Assembly (NCBI GenBank): GCA_964349465.1
Contig: CAYGGC010000001.1
Coordinates: 33,428 to 97,427, forward strand
Direction of reading: 5' to 3'
Source: an uncultured Gammaproteobacteria bacterium
Lineage (GTDB): Bacteria > Patescibacteriota > Patescibacteriia > SBBC01 > CAIJZX01
DNA: 64,000 bases
Made by a program: the position numbers and the translations under genes. The notes under the pieces were generated by a model, which worked only from the letters and a program-made list of their open reading frames with translations, had not been told where the DNA came from and made no database searches. Of the stretch, positions 1 through 10,606 are shown piece by piece (position 1 is the stretch's first letter; the number at the start of each line of letters is the position of its first letter).

Positions 1-207
1 AACGATCAAGCGGTCACGGCGTATGAACGGGCGATTACCATGATCCCAACAGATGCTGCGCCGTACCTGGCTTTAGCTGATCATTACACCCAAGCCGGAC
101 AGTCTGACCTGGTCAAGTCAACCCTCGAACGCGGCGCGGCGAAAGCGGCGGATCCGAGCGTGATTCAACAACGACTTGAAGCGCTCAAAACGCCGGTGAT
201 AGAGTAG
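1..207 (+). CDS. 3' fragment of a CDS entering from upstream; last 68 codons, TPR-like helical sequence (…AYERAITMIPTDAAPYLALADHYTQAGQ…), stop TAG 205-207
   Basis: Open frame 1 from window edge to TAG; followed by hairpin terminator. Confidence 0.35.
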   Translation, partial: NDQAVTAYERAITMIPTDAAPYLALADHYTQAGQSDLVKSTLERGAAKAADPSVIQQRLEALKTPVIE

Positions 208-218
208 ACAATACAAAC

Positions 219-252
219 TAAAAACACCCCCGTTCCGACGGAGGTGTTTTTA
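219..252. terminator. Bidirectional rho-independent terminator: AAAAACACC-cccgttccgacgg-aGGTGTTTTT, between convergent upstream CDS (+) and topA (-)
   Basis: 9-bp stem flanked by A-run on one side and T-run on the other; overlaps topA stop codon. Confidence 0.5.
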
Positions 253-2865
253 GGTAGCTTTTCTGACTCGTCGTTTTGGTCGCTTCGGCTTACTCGCGCG
301 TTCTCGGATCAAGGTGACCGCTTGGTCGAGGGTGATTGTTTCTGGTGCTAGGTCGGCTGGAATTGTGGCATTCGTCTCACCGTCACTGACGTAGGCGCCA
401 TAGCGACCATCCAGCACCTTAATCGGTTTTTTAGAATCGGGGTCAGCGCCGAGCTCTTTCAGCGCTTTGGCTTGCCGTCGGCCGCGGCCTTTCTTTTCTT
501 GCGCAAGGAGTTCAACGGATTGCTCGAGGGTGATCGTGAGCGGATCCATCTCTGGGGGAATGCTTCGTGTATCGGTGCCGGCCTTGATGTACGGTCCGAA
601 CCGACCATTGGCAGCCATGATCGCGTCCTCGGTGCCTGGTCGAACCCCGACGTTACGCGGTAGGGCTAACAATTGTAGCGCTTGTTCAAGGGTGACTGTT
701 TCGGGGGTCATCGATTTCAGTAGGGAAGCCATCTTCGGTTTTTCTGGTTCAACTGGTTTTGACTCGCCCTTTTTACGTCGAGGTTTTTTTACCGGTTTGC
801 CGTTCTCATCTTTCTCGACCACTGGCTTCGGGGGCAGTTCCCCAAGTTGAATGTATGGGCCGAATCGTCCGACCTTGACGTAGACTTTTTTCCCAGTGAC
901 TGGATCAGTGCCGAGAGACTTTGGCCCTTCGGCCGCTTTTGTGAGCAGTTCGAGCGCGGCCGGAACGGTTAATTCATCAGGGGTGGAGGAGTCGGGAATG
1001 CTGGCCGTTTTTTCGTTCCAGCGCAAGAATGGACCGTAGCGCCCGATCCGAACCTCAATCGGGAAGCCATCATGTTCACCGATCGTGACACCGCTGGTCA
1101 AACGCGGGTCAATCGTATCTTTGACGTGATCAAGCGTCGGTTTCAGACCGTTCTCGTGATCGCCAAAGTAGAAATGACGCAGATAGGTTTTATCGTCTGC
1201 TTCACCGCGAGCAATTTCATCGAGATGATCTTCCATTGTGGCGGTGAAGGAATAATCAACCAACGTCCCTAAATAGGTTTCGAGCATGTTAACGACGGCG
1301 AAGGCGGTAAAGGTTGGGACGAGGGCCGTACCTTTTTTGAAGACGTATTCTCGGCGTTGAATGGTGTCGATAATGCTGGCGTAGGTGCTCGGTCGTCCAA
1401 TCCCGCGCGATTCCAGTTCTTTCACCAGACTCGCTTCCGTCAGTCGGGCCGGCGGTTGCGTGACGTGGTCTTTCGCGTCGAGGTTGACGACCGTGAGTGG
1501 GTCAGCCGGTTTCATTGGCGGCAGAACGACATCTTGCTCAGCGAGCTCAGCAGTTGGATCATCGCTACCTTCAACATAGGCGCGGCGATACCCATCGAAA
1601 TCAATGACTTTTCCTCGGGCGGCAAAGGTGGCTGGGCCGAGGGTAATATGGACCGCCATGCGTCGTCCGTTGCTATCGGCCATTTGTGACGCCACCGTTC
1701 GTTTCCAAATCAGTTCATAGAGCTTGTATGCTTCGCTATCAACCTTGCCTTGGACCTCATCAATCGGTTGGAACGATTCACCGGCCGGGCGAATAGCTTC
1801 ATGAGCTTCCTGGGCGTTTTTGACTTTCGTTTGGTACTGGCGAGCGGCGGGTGGTAGATACGCGTCACCGTACTGCGTGGTGATCCACTTCCGAGCAGCA
1901 TTGACCGCTTCATCAGATAACAGCGTTGAATCGGTACGCATGTAGGTGATAAACCCGTTTTCATACAACTGCTGAGCGATTTGCATCGTCCGGCGGGCCG
2001 TGAAGCGGAGCTTACGGTTCGCTTCTTGTTGGAGGGTGCTGGTCGTAAACGGAGCGTAGGGTTTTTCTGTAAACTGTTTTTCTTCGACTGAAGCGACGGA
2101 AGCTGTTGATTGACGGAGTTGTTCGGCGAGCGAGCTGGCTTTGGCTTGATCGAGCCAAATAACTTTCGTGTTCTTCAGCTGCCCAGTGGTCTGGTCAAAA
2201 TCTTTTCCGAGCGCGATGGTTTGTTGGTCGACGGAAATGAGTTCAGCCGGAAATTCTTTTCCGTCGGGGGTCGAGAAGACGGCCGCTAAATCCCAATATT
2301 GCGCCGGGCGGAAAGCGAGGCGTTCTTTTTCGCGTTCGACGAGGAGGCGAATCGCGACGCTTTGGACGCGACCGGCCGAAAGTCCGGGACGAATTTTTCG
2401 CCAGAGAATTGGAGAGACCTCATAGCCGTAGAGCCGGTCGAGCAAGCGCCGGGCTTCCTGGGCCTTGACCATATGCATGGCGAGGGGGCGGGGGTTGTCG
2501 ATCGCGTTTGCCAAGGCTCGCTTGGTGACTTCATGAAAGACAATCCGCTTAACCTTATCGGTTGGGATTTTTAAGAGTTCGGCGAGGTGCCAAGAAATTG
2601 CTTCACCTTCGCGGTCTTCGTCAGTCGCGAAGTAGATTTCATCTGCAACTTTCGCTCGTTTGCGCAGGTCAGCGACGACGTCCTTGCTTTTGGTGGGAAT
2701 TTCGTATTCGGCCGCGAAATCATGGGCAATATCAATCCCCATATCGCTTTTTGGTAAATCACGGACATGCCCAAAAGACGACCGCACGTCATAGCCCCGG
2801 CCGAGGTATTCAGAAATCTTTTTCGCTTTAGTAGGTGACTCGACGATGACGAGGGACTGGCTCAT
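250..2865 (-). CDS. topA: DNA topoisomerase I (type IA), with C-terminal lysine-rich repeat region
   Basis: N-terminal TOPRIM motif [12 protein letters not shown]…[15 protein letters not shown]; 871 aa; conserved dprA-topA synteny. Confidence 0.95.
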   Translation of the reverse strand: MSQSLVIVESPTKAKKISEYLGRGYDVRSSFGHVRDLPKSDMGIDIAHDFAAEYEIPTKSKDVVADLRKRAKVADEIYFATDEDREGEAISWHLAELLKIPTDKVKRIVFHEVTKRALANAIDNPRPLAMHMVKAQEARRLLDRLYGYEVSPILWRKIRPGLSAGRVQSVAIRLLVEREKERLAFRPAQYWDLAAVFSTPDGKEFPAELISVDQQTIALGKDFDQTTGQLKNTKVIWLDQAKASSLAEQLRQSTASVASVEEKQFTEKPYAPFTTSTLQQEANRKLRFTARRTMQIAQQLYENGFITYMRTDSTLLSDEAVNAARKWITTQYGDAYLPPAARQYQTKVKNAQEAHEAIRPAGESFQPIDEVQGKVDSEAYKLYELIWKRTVASQMADSNGRRMAVHITLGPATFAARGKVIDFDGYRRAYVEGSDDPTAELAEQDVVLPPMKPADPLTVVNLDAKDHVTQPPARLTEASLVKELESRGIGRPSTYASIIDTIQRREYVFKKGTALVPTFTAFAVVNMLETYLGTLVDYSFTATMEDHLDEIARGEADDKTYLRHFYFGDHENGLKPTLDHVKDTIDPRLTSGVTIGEHDGFPIEVRIGRYGPFLRWNEKTASIPDSSTPDELTVPAALELLTKAAEGPKSLGTDPVTGKKVYVKVGRFGPYIQLGELPPKPVVEKDENGKPVKKPRRKKGESKPVEPEKPKMASLLKSMTPETVTLEQALQLLALPRNVGVRPGTEDAIMAANGRFGPYIKAGTDTRSIPPEMDPLTITLEQSVELLAQEKKGRGRRQAKALKELGADPDSKKPIKVLDGRYGAYVSDGETNATIPADLAPETITLDQAVTLIRERASKPKRPKRRVRKAT

Positions 2866-3953
2866 GAAGTCAGAGAGTAATACATTCCGCCGTGATGGGC
2901 AACTCGGCCGTCCAGTTCAAGCAACACCAAAGCCGCCGATATGACACTGGCCTCCAGTCTACACGATGCCACGAGAACGTCAACATGTTGCGGCTCATGG
3001 GTTAAGTGGTCGACGATGGTGGCCTGGACCGGGTCAGTTGGTCTTGTTCGGTTGTCCGCGTTGCTGGGACGAGCACTCGAAAGCGAAAATACTTCGAGAA
3101 TATCGTTGGCGGTGTGTACCGCTTTAGCTCCTAGCTGGATCCAATGAATAGGTCCGACGGATTGTGGTGAAGTAATCGGGCCAGGTACGGCGAGGACCTC
3201 TCGATTTTGGTCGACGGCGTACTTGGCAGTAATCAACGCGCCGGATTTTTCGCCGGCTTCAACGATCAAGACAGCGGGGGACAACCCCGAAATAATTCTA
3301 TTCCGTTGCGGAAAATGTTCTCGTTTTGGGGCCGCGCCGAGCGGAAATTCGCTGATGACGGCGCCGCCGGCGGCAATAATCTGCTCGGCTAGGCCATGGT
3401 TCTGCCAGGGGTAGATCCGGTCGACGCCGCAACCGAGGACGGCCACGGTGGGAACGCGCTCCGTCAGCGCGATGGTGTGGGCTAGACCGTCGATGCCGAG
3501 GGCAAGCCCGGACACAATCCCAATTCCAGTACGAGTTACTGGTCTCATCAAGATCTCCGTGACTGTTTTCCCGTATGGCGTAGGCTGGCGAGTTCCGACG
3601 ACACCAAGGAGGGTAGCCGAGAGGGCCGCGATCCGTCCCCGAACATAGAGCAGGGGCGGCGGCGCGGGTATTTCTTTCAGGAGTAACGGATACTCCGGAT
3701 CGAGAATGGTAATAATCTGAATCCGGTACTTTTCTAAGGTCGCCCGGGCCGCCGCCAGATCAATCGGCGATACACCATGGAGAATATCGGCTTGGCGATC
3801 CTGGTCGATACCAGCTAACCGTAGATTATCGACGGTCCAATGGCTGAGTGGCTGTTGGAGTAGGCTACTGGTCAGAAGCCTCAAAAAATTTTTTGGCGTT
3901 AAGCTGGGAAGTTGATGAAGAGCGGCGAGGAGGTCGGCTGGGTATATTGACAT
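2862..3953 (-). CDS. dprA: DNA processing protein DprA/Smf
   Basis: Rossmann-like DprA core ([11 protein letters not shown]…[12 protein letters not shown]…); 4-bp overlap with topA start. Confidence 0.9.
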   Translation of the reverse strand: MSIYPADLLAALHQLPSLTPKNFLRLLTSSLLQQPLSHWTVDNLRLAGIDQDRQADILHGVSPIDLAAARATLEKYRIQIITILDPEYPLLLKEIPAPPPLLYVRGRIAALSATLLGVVGTRQPTPYGKTVTEILMRPVTRTGIGIVSGLALGIDGLAHTIALTERVPTVAVLGCGVDRIYPWQNHGLAEQIIAAGGAVISEFPLGAAPKREHFPQRNRIISGLSPAVLIVEAGEKSGALITAKYAVDQNREVLAVPGPITSPQSVGPIHWIQLGAKAVHTANDILEVFSLSSARPSNADNRTRPTDPVQATIVDHLTHEPQHVDVLVASCRLEASVISAALVLLELDGRVAHHGGMYYSLTS

Positions 3954-4030
3954 AGAGAATAGAGGGAGTAGGGTAAGAAAATTGTTCCTTATGTAGTTGA
4001 TCGCGACTTTTTCCGGAGGGAGGTCGAGCA

Positions 4031-4444
4031 GTGATGAACGTGTTTGCGGTAACGGTCCGTTCCGGTCGGGTTGATGTCGAGATCGATCGGTATACCTTCA
4101 GCTTCGTAGTCGACCGCGGTCCGCGTGGTCAGGTTGAGATGGCTGAAGTGAGCTGCTGTGTTCATGGTCGGCGTGACTCAGGTATCGATCGTCACGACCT
4201 CGTCGCTCAACAGGCGCGTCGGATAGCCTGGGCACACCTCACACTGGTGTTCAGGCGGTGGTTTCTTGAGCATCCGACCGAGCGTCTCGAAACGCTTGAT
4301 CAGGAAGTGCTCTGGCTCGATCCCGCGCTTCCGCGGCTGACCAACGCCGAACGGGCGACGAACCTGGCCAAGCTTGATCAGCTGGTTAGCGGGCTGGCTG
4401 AAGCCATGAAGATGCCTACCCGGCCCGCGCCAAGACTCTCCTAA
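4031..4444 (+). CDS. Hypothetical Arg-rich 137-aa protein, no recognisable family; lone plus-strand ORF in the dprA-mfd gap
   Basis: ORF immediately followed by its own intrinsic terminator; could still be spurious in GC-rich DNA. Confidence 0.3.
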   Translation: MMNVFAVTVRSGRVDVEIDRYTFSFVVDRGPRGQVEMAEVSCCVHGRRDSGIDRHDLVAQQARRIAWAHLTLVFRRWFLEHPTERLETLDQEVLWLDPALPRLTNAERATNLAKLDQLVSGLAEAMKMPTRPAPRLS

Positions 4445-4463
4445 ATATACGGGAGAGTTTTTC
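4434..4463 (+). terminator. Rho-independent terminator GACTCTCC-taaatatac-GGGAGAGTTTTT; stop codon of ORF 4031-4444 lies in the loop
   Basis: 8-bp perfect stem + T5 on plus strand only. Confidence 0.5.
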
Positions 4464-4583
4464 TATACGAAAAACGGCGGACACGTGTGTGCCAGCCACC
4501 AATACTGAAAGACTACTCTGGGATACCTTTTTTGACAAGTCTAGCCCGCCGTTCTTGTCGGGTGTGTCGGTCGATGTGATATG

Positions 4584-7500
4584 CTACGAGGCGCTCGTGA
4601 CGTCGTCTGCACTAGCCGCCGAGTGCTTAGCTTGGTGAGGCGTCGCGTGCCCCGTTCCGGTCGTCTCGTCAAAAATCTTGATCACTGATTTGAGCTCGTT
4701 CAGCCATCGGATTCCCAGTTGGTCACGATCGATTTTAATAAATTCCGGAGTAAAGTCCCAGGCTTGATTTCGTTCCAACAGCTTGCCAATTTGCTCGGGG
4801 GTGATCATGTGTCCAAATGACACCACAATTTTTTGCTTTTTTAGACCATCAATTGAAAAGTCGGTTTGTTGAATTGCAGTGATCGGGGATTGCTGGGCTA
4901 AGATTTTTAACTCTAACGCCTCAAACAGATTAGTGAGCGGTTCAGGGAGTGCGCGTTGTTTAAATTCTTCTTTTCGGAACTCCTCGAGCTCATCAACTGT
5001 TTCAATGGCGGCAAGTCGCTGGTACAGTCGTAGTCGCTTCGGCTCGCTGTCAATAAAGTCTTTCGGGATAGCAATCTCCATCGGCAGGTCGATCAAAATG
5101 TCGCGGGTGGCGCGTGGCGGTTTGCCGGTTCGGAGCTCTTCAACCGCCTGGGCGAGGAGACGCGCGTACAGGTTTAATCCGACGGCGGTGACGTGTCCAT
5201 GTTGCTTTTTGCCAAGAATATTTCCCGTGCCGCGAATTTCTAAGTCACGCATCGCGAGCCGGAAACCGCTTCCAAGCTCCTTCGCTTCCATCAGGGCCTG
5301 GAGTCGTTTTTGTGGTCGACCAGTGACCTTGGTTTGGCGATAGAGGAAATAGGCATAAGCCTGCCGATCACCGCGGCCGATGCGGCCTCGAAGTTGATAG
5401 AGCTGGGCGAGGCCAAAGTCGGCAGCTTTATCGACAATCATTGTGTTGACGTTTGGCAAATCAAGGCCATTTTCAATAATCGTTGAGGCTAAGAGAATAT
5501 CGAGGTGTTGGTTATCAAATTGTTCCATGACATGCGACAATTTGCGTTCATCCATTTGTCCATGAGCAATGCCAATCGTCACGCCAGGCATCATTTTTTC
5601 CAAGCGCTTCTTTTCTAATTCCATCGACTCAACGTCGTTGTGGACAAAGTAGACCTGACCCTTTCGATTGAGCTCACGGCGAACAGCATCCTGAACGACT
5701 TCGTCGCTGTACGGCATGATATTTGTTTCGATCGGCCGGCGACCGTCGGGCGGAGTTTCGATGACGCTAATATCACGCAGTCCGGACAAGGCAAAATTGA
5801 GTGTGCGGGGGATCGGAGTAGCGGTTAAGGTCAGCACATGGGCTTCCTTGCGGAATTCCTTGAGCTTCTCTTTATGACGGACGCCGAAGCGTTGTTCTTC
5901 GTCGACGATAATCAGCCCGAGGGATTTGAATTGGATGTCTTGCGAGAGGAGGCGGTGGGTGCCGATAACGATATCAACGGTTCCATTGGCCAGTCCGGCG
6001 AGAACCTCAGCGTCATTTTCGTCGGATTCAAATCGGGAGAGCGCTCGAACGACGACCGGAAAATCTTTGAGACGGTTTTTAAATGTATCGTAATGTTGTT
6101 GAGTGAGAATGGTGGTTGGTGACAAGAGTGCAACCTGTTTTTTGTTCATGGCCGCGCGGAAGGCCGCCCGAATGGCCACTTCGGTTTTCCCAAAGCCGAC
6201 GTCACCGCAAACAAGGCGATCCATCGGAACGTCGCGTTCAAGATCGCTGAGCGTTTCTTGTAAGGTTCGTTCCTGGTCGGAGGTTAATTCGTAGGGGAAC
6301 TTTTCCGAGAGGGAAGCTTCCGCCCCAGGAACGGTTAACAGTTTCGGCGCGTGGGCGAGTTCGCGTTGGGCATATAAATCTAACAGTTCTTTCGCAACCA
6401 AACTGGCATCCTGCTGGATTTTCTTGGTGACGCTGGCCCATGACGAACTCGATAGCGAATGGATTTTTGGGTTGGGGCTGCCGATGTAGCGAGTAATTTT
6501 GTCGGCCGTTTCAACCGGCACGTAGAGCCGATCACCAGCAGCGTATTCGAGCACGAAATATTCGCGCGAGTGGCCGTTGACCTGCTGCAGACGCATGCCG
6601 ATAAATCGGCCAATCCCATGATCGAGGTGGACGATATTATCGCCGGCTTCGAGATCGCCAAGAAAAACATCTTCCACGCGGCGGCGATTGGCCTTTGAGC
6701 GCTCATCGCGTCCGAAGAGTTCATCGTCCGTAAGATAGACAAGTTTTTCTGATGGAGCGATAAAGCCTTGACTGAGTTCGGTGGTTGGCTGAACTATAAT
6801 TTTTTTACGGGAAATTTTATGTCGTTCGAGTTGCCCTAACAGCTCACCCTCACGATGAGACTGAATAATGACGCGGTAGTCGTCGGCGAGAAACTTCCCG
6901 ATATCTTTGGCAGCGAGTTGCCATTGGCCGTGATAAAATGGCGCCGATCGCCAATCAAGCTTCGCTGCACCGTCGCCGCCGAACGGTTCGACCGCGACCT
7001 GTTTATAGTTTTTGACGGCGTCTTTTCCGCGTGGCAGCGAATCGAGTAGGGAGCTGCGCGGGACGATAATAAGTGTTCGGAGTGGCTGAAGATAAGCGAG
7101 AAGGCTGATACGGGGATCGACTTGGCTTAAGGTTTTTGGCGCGCAGGCGAGCCGTTCGATTGAGACTGGTTTTTTTGTGCCATCAAGCGGGGTGATAGAA
7201 CTGACAGTTTGACCCTCGATATCGAGGCGGTAGGCCAGAGCTGAGCCGACCGGCCAGACATCGAGCAGGTCGCCGCGCTTTGACCATTGGCCTGGTTGGT
7301 TGACCGGCGTTGAGGGAATGTACCCGAGGTCGCCGAGCCGATCGATAAATGTCGTGAGTCCAAGTTTCGCGCCAACCTCGGCGTTAGCAAATTGTTCGTA
7401 GAGTTCGTTGGGATGAGGCAGGGATTCTGCGAAGGCGCTTTGCTGGGCGATGAGAATAACCGGCTCATGTCGGAGGAGGCGATCAAGTAAAGCACCGTCA

Positions 7501-7805
7501 ATTGGCGGGACAGCGATGACGGGACGATGTGGTTTTGCCGCTAACCACGTCTGTAACCCCTGGACCACGAGTTGCTGTTCCCGTTCGGATCCAACCAGGT
7601 AGACGAGTTGCCAAGCGGGCGGTAATTCCCCGAAAAGTTTACTGAACGCAAAGACTTCGGCCACTGGATGGGGGAGGCCGACGAACCGGCCTGAGCCGGT
7701 AGTCGTAAGTTGTTCGGTCAATAGCCGAAACGGCCCGTCGACCACTGTGTCACGTGAACGAGGCACAAACAGGTAGTTGTGATATCTATTCACATGATAG
7801 CGCAA
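4584..7805 (-). CDS. mfd: Transcription-repair coupling factor Mfd; annotated start codon is TTG, an in-frame GTG 4 codons downstream is an alternative
   Basis: 1073 aa; superfamily-2 helicase motifs (TATPIPRTL, DEEQRFGV), TRCF C-terminal domain. Confidence 0.95.
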   Translation of the reverse strand: MRYHVNRYHNYLFVPRSRDTVVDGPFRLLTEQLTTTGSGRFVGLPHPVAEVFAFSKLFGELPPAWQLVYLVGSEREQQLVVQGLQTWLAAKPHRPVIAVPPIDGALLDRLLRHEPVILIAQQSAFAESLPHPNELYEQFANAEVGAKLGLTTFIDRLGDLGYIPSTPVNQPGQWSKRGDLLDVWPVGSALAYRLDIEGQTVSSITPLDGTKKPVSIERLACAPKTLSQVDPRISLLAYLQPLRTLIIVPRSSLLDSLPRGKDAVKNYKQVAVEPFGGDGAAKLDWRSAPFYHGQWQLAAKDIGKFLADDYRVIIQSHREGELLGQLERHKISRKKIIVQPTTELSQGFIAPSEKLVYLTDDELFGRDERSKANRRRVEDVFLGDLEAGDNIVHLDHGIGRFIGMRLQQVNGHSREYFVLEYAAGDRLYVPVETADKITRYIGSPNPKIHSLSSSSWASVTKKIQQDASLVAKELLDLYAQRELAHAPKLLTVPGAEASLSEKFPYELTSDQERTLQETLSDLERDVPMDRLVCGDVGFGKTEVAIRAAFRAAMNKKQVALLSPTTILTQQHYDTFKNRLKDFPVVVRALSRFESDENDAEVLAGLANGTVDIVIGTHRLLSQDIQFKSLGLIIVDEEQRFGVRHKEKLKEFRKEAHVLTLTATPIPRTLNFALSGLRDISVIETPPDGRRPIETNIMPYSDEVVQDAVRRELNRKGQVYFVHNDVESMELEKKRLEKMMPGVTIGIAHGQMDERKLSHVMEQFDNQHLDILLASTIIENGLDLPNVNTMIVDKAADFGLAQLYQLRGRIGRGDRQAYAYFLYRQTKVTGRPQKRLQALMEAKELGSGFRLAMRDLEIRGTGNILGKKQHGHVTAVGLNLYARLLAQAVEELRTGKPPRATRDILIDLPMEIAIPKDFIDSEPKRLRLYQRLAAIETVDELEEFRKEEFKQRALPEPLTNLFEALELKILAQQSPITAIQQTDFSIDGLKKQKIVVSFGHMITPEQIGKLLERNQAWDFTPEFIKIDRDQLGIRWLNELKSVIKIFDETTGTGHATPHQAKHSAASADDVTSAS

Positions 7806-7870
7806 AAAAATGAATTTGGCAAGCCCAGCACCACTTTTACGAAACTAAAGTGGTGCTGGGCAAGGCTTGC
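7804..7870 (-). terminator. Strong hairpin (19-bp near-perfect stem, GCAAGCCCAGCACCACTTT/AAAGTGGTGCTGGGCTTGC) followed by U7 on the minus strand, ending exactly at the mfd start
   Basis: Inverted repeat 7819-7870 plus A-run 7805-7811 on plus strand (T-run on minus). Confidence 0.5.
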
Positions 7871-8334
7871 TACTCCTCACTTGAAGAAAATGACTTGGAC
7901 GAGACCTTGACAAACATTCATTTCGATGCTAAGGTGTCGCCTTCCTTCGTGCTCTTTCGTGACGGTCAGCACCTACCTACGGGCGAGAGTTTCCGGTTGA
8001 GGCAACCCCTCCTACCGCTTTAGCCGGGGACGTTATTCAGTCAGGGTTTTCCCTGGCTGGCTAGCACCTGGCCCGTAGATAGGTGACGACGGTGGTCAGT
8101 GCTTTTGTCGTCAATCGTTCTTTTGCGGTGGCCCGGGGCACGCTAAGAGTGCTGATACCCTTTTCTGGCGGTATCTCCCCAACGTGCGGATGTTTGCCAA
8201 AAAATCAGGCACCCAATCAAAGGGGATCCTGGCCACTCATTTTTGCTCGGCTAGTTGCAAGCGGCTCGGATTGTTTTAGAGGACTGGATGCCTCTCTGTC
8301 TGACTCCCGCTCTGTCGACTAGCTGGGCTCTTTT

Positions 8335-8871
8335 TTATTTTTCTGAACGAGAACTAAGGTCGCTAAGTAGCTCAGTTACGGCTTGATCGATAGCTGCCCG
8401 CACGAGTTCTCGATCTGGTGCTGGCAGGGTTTGTAAGACATAATCCTCCGTTGGGATCACATCACTTTTACCAATGCCAATCCGAATGCGCGCAAAGTCT
8501 TTGGTGCTCAAGGCATCGATAATGGACTGGACGCCGTTATGACCAGCGCTCGAGCGACTGTGTTGTCGTTTCACTTCACCGGGCGGAAAGTCGAGCTCGT
8601 CATGAATCACAACAAGGTCACGATGAAGATCCGCACCGTCGAGAGAAATGTTTTTGTAGGTCAAAAAATCTTTGAGCGCATCGCCACTCCGGTTCATGTA
8701 TGTTTGTGGCTTCACAAGCCAGTGGTCGCCGGTTCGCACGGCGAGGACATCACGCTCCTGCGACCAAGAAACGGCGAGAGCTTCAGCGAGCTGATCGAGG
8801 ACAGCGAAGCCAACATTATGGCGTGTGCCAGTATAATCCGGTCCAGGATTTCCTAGTCCAACAATGATCAT
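8335..8871 (-). CDS. pth: Peptidyl-tRNA hydrolase
   Basis: MIIVGLGNPGPDYTGTRHNVGF… canonical Pth N-terminus; 178 aa. Confidence 0.95.
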   Translation of the reverse strand: MIIVGLGNPGPDYTGTRHNVGFAVLDQLAEALAVSWSQERDVLAVRTGDHWLVKPQTYMNRSGDALKDFLTYKNISLDGADLHRDLVVIHDELDFPPGEVKRQHSRSSAGHNGVQSIIDALSTKDFARIRIGIGKSDVIPTEDYVLQTLPAPDRELVRAAIDQAVTELLSDLSSRSEK

Positions 8872-10394
8872 TGGTTCGTATTTTGGCTGGTCTGATTGGT
8901 TGGAACTTGATCCTGACCAAGAATAAGGATCAGCCGTGGCCCAGGTACCGCTTGGTTCTGATTGGCTTGGTTGGCATTGGTTGTTGAATCGAGGGAAGTG
9001 CGAAGCGTGGTGTCACCAGTCAACACCTCCCACTCAGTCAGAGTCATCGATCGACGGGCTTGACCATAGAGGCTCAGGAGCTTGGCCGTGACCGGAGCTC
9101 GTCCTGTGCTCTGATCAATCACAACGGTTTGGGGGACGGAGACATTCCGAACGGTGGTGGGTGAAGCGTCTAAACCAAGGCTGAGCAAGCCCTTCGCGAC
9201 TGCGTCGGCTAAACCGGTCGCGGTCGTGGCGTTAACGACCGTGATCGTGGCTTGTTCAGCGTCAGTCGCGGCGAAGGAAAAAATATTCTTTATAAAGAAG
9301 CGAATGTCGCCATACGTATCGTCGCGGGGGATAAGGATAAAGGCCCCGCCTAGTCCAGTGGCGTTTTTGACTAAACCATTGACGCTCGCGTCAATGACAC
9401 GATTGATAATTTGGGAAGTTTTCACGTCGCCAGCGAGTTTCGCTAAGCGGACGATTTCCCACACCTCCATATTTGTTTGACTGTGTGTCCCGAGGCTTTG
9501 GAGGATATCGCTAATTTTCAAGGGATTCGAGAGTGTCCCGAACGAGAGCAGTTTTTCTTTTAAGGCGTAGATGACTTTTTGCTGTCGGGCGGCGCGGGCG
9601 AAATCCGAACCTTCGCCGTTTGTCCCATGACGTGATCGCGAGAATTTGAGCGCCGTGGCGCCGGTCATCGTCTGCGTTCCAGCTTTGAAGGAAATGGGGT
9701 CATACCCATAGTTATTGTCCGGGTAGAGCGGATCGTAGAAGGTGGTGTCGACGGTAATCGTGACGCCACTGACGCGGTCGATGACTTCCGCGAAGCCAGT
9801 GAAATCAACTCGCGCGTAATACTGGATTGGCTGGTCGATGAGATCGCTGACGACTTTGACGGCCAGCGCCTCGCCGCCACCCGGATAGTCATTATCGCGG
9901 CCGATTGAAAGAACGCTATTAATTTTACGGAAATCGTATCCCGGAATATCGACGACGAGATCGCGGGGGACAGAAATCATCGCCAACTGGTCTGTTGACG
10001 GACGGTAGCTCATCACCATCATCGTATCCGTTAGGTAAGGCCCTTCATGTCCTGGTCCACCGATACCCATCAGGAGGATATTAATCCGATCGTCGGCTTC
10101 GCCTTTGAGTTGTTCATCATTTTGCGTGACGAGATGTGTCAGTTGCTGGAAAAAACCGACGCGGCGGTTTGAGCCATCAAGTGATTTCGTGTTGATGACC
10201 GCGATCGCGCGGTAGAGGATCCAGCCAGTGACCACAAGGGCAATAACCGCGACGACGCTCATCGTTAAAACTGTCCATCGAATCCGATGGTGGCGGACAG
10301 GAAGTCGCTGACCGGGGCGCAGCTGGTTTTCCGAAGACGGAAGCGGGCTCGGCGCTGGAGAGACCGGCTGAGGTGATGGGGTTGGGGTAGGCAT
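8868..10394 (-). CDS. LytR-CpsA-Psr (LCP) family cell-envelope polymer transferase; Pro-rich N-terminal tail, one TM. The ORF track extends to 10568, but that would overrun the divergent promoter, so Met-59 (10394) is the proposed start
   Basis: LCP domain motifs (INILLMGIGGPG…ISVPRDL…); TM helix WTVLTMSVVAVIALVVTGWILY. Confidence 0.85.
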   Translation of the reverse strand: MPTPTPSPQPVSPAPSPLPSSENQLRPGQRLPVRHHRIRWTVLTMSVVAVIALVVTGWILYRAIAVINTKSLDGSNRRVGFFQQLTHLVTQNDEQLKGEADDRINILLMGIGGPGHEGPYLTDTMMVMSYRPSTDQLAMISVPRDLVVDIPGYDFRKINSVLSIGRDNDYPGGGEALAVKVVSDLIDQPIQYYARVDFTGFAEVIDRVSGVTITVDTTFYDPLYPDNNYGYDPISFKAGTQTMTGATALKFSRSRHGTNGEGSDFARAARQQKVIYALKEKLLSFGTLSNPLKISDILQSLGTHSQTNMEVWEIVRLAKLAGDVKTSQIINRVIDASVNGLVKNATGLGGAFILIPRDDTYGDIRFFIKNIFSFAATDAEQATITVVNATTATGLADAVAKGLLSLGLDASPTTVRNVSVPQTVVIDQSTGRAPVTAKLLSLYGQARRSMTLTEWEVLTGDTTLRTSLDSTTNANQANQNQAVPGPRLILILGQDQVPTNQTSQNTNQ

Positions 10395-10561
10395 GGCGGA
10401 AGAAAATCCTGGTGAGTATAGCGAGGAACGAGAGGGTTGGCAACGCACGAGGGTAGCTTCGGAGAAGGAGGGGTAAAAAAGTCCCCCCGGCAGTCTTTTT
10501 TCTTGGTAACTCAAGACATTCTGTGGACTGATCTTAGCCAAAAAAATTAAAAAAAACGTAT

Positions 10562-10590
10562 TTGACATTCACTATCGAAAATCGTACAAT
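10562..10590 (+). promoter_or_regulatory. Consensus sigma70-type promoter TTGACA-17-TACAAT driving the giant surface-protein gene; divergent from LCP gene
   Basis: Perfect -35/-10 hexamers with 17-bp spacer; ATG 10607 lies ~10 nt after predicted TSS (short/leaderless). Confidence 0.5.
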
Positions 10591-10606
10591 ATATTTAGCA
10601 ATTTTC

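Noticed and set aside
467-2831. Plus-strand ORFs (e.g. 467-850, 1357-1689, 2299-2574) overlapping topA
   Set aside because: Antisense or overlapping frames within a confidently identified topA; no homology.
8868-10568. Long N-terminal extension (to 10568) of the LCP gene
   Set aside because: It would run through the divergent consensus promoter at 10562-10590 and adds a non-protein-like leader; Met-59 (10394) precedes the Pro-rich tail and TM, so the shorter model was adopted. Uncertain.
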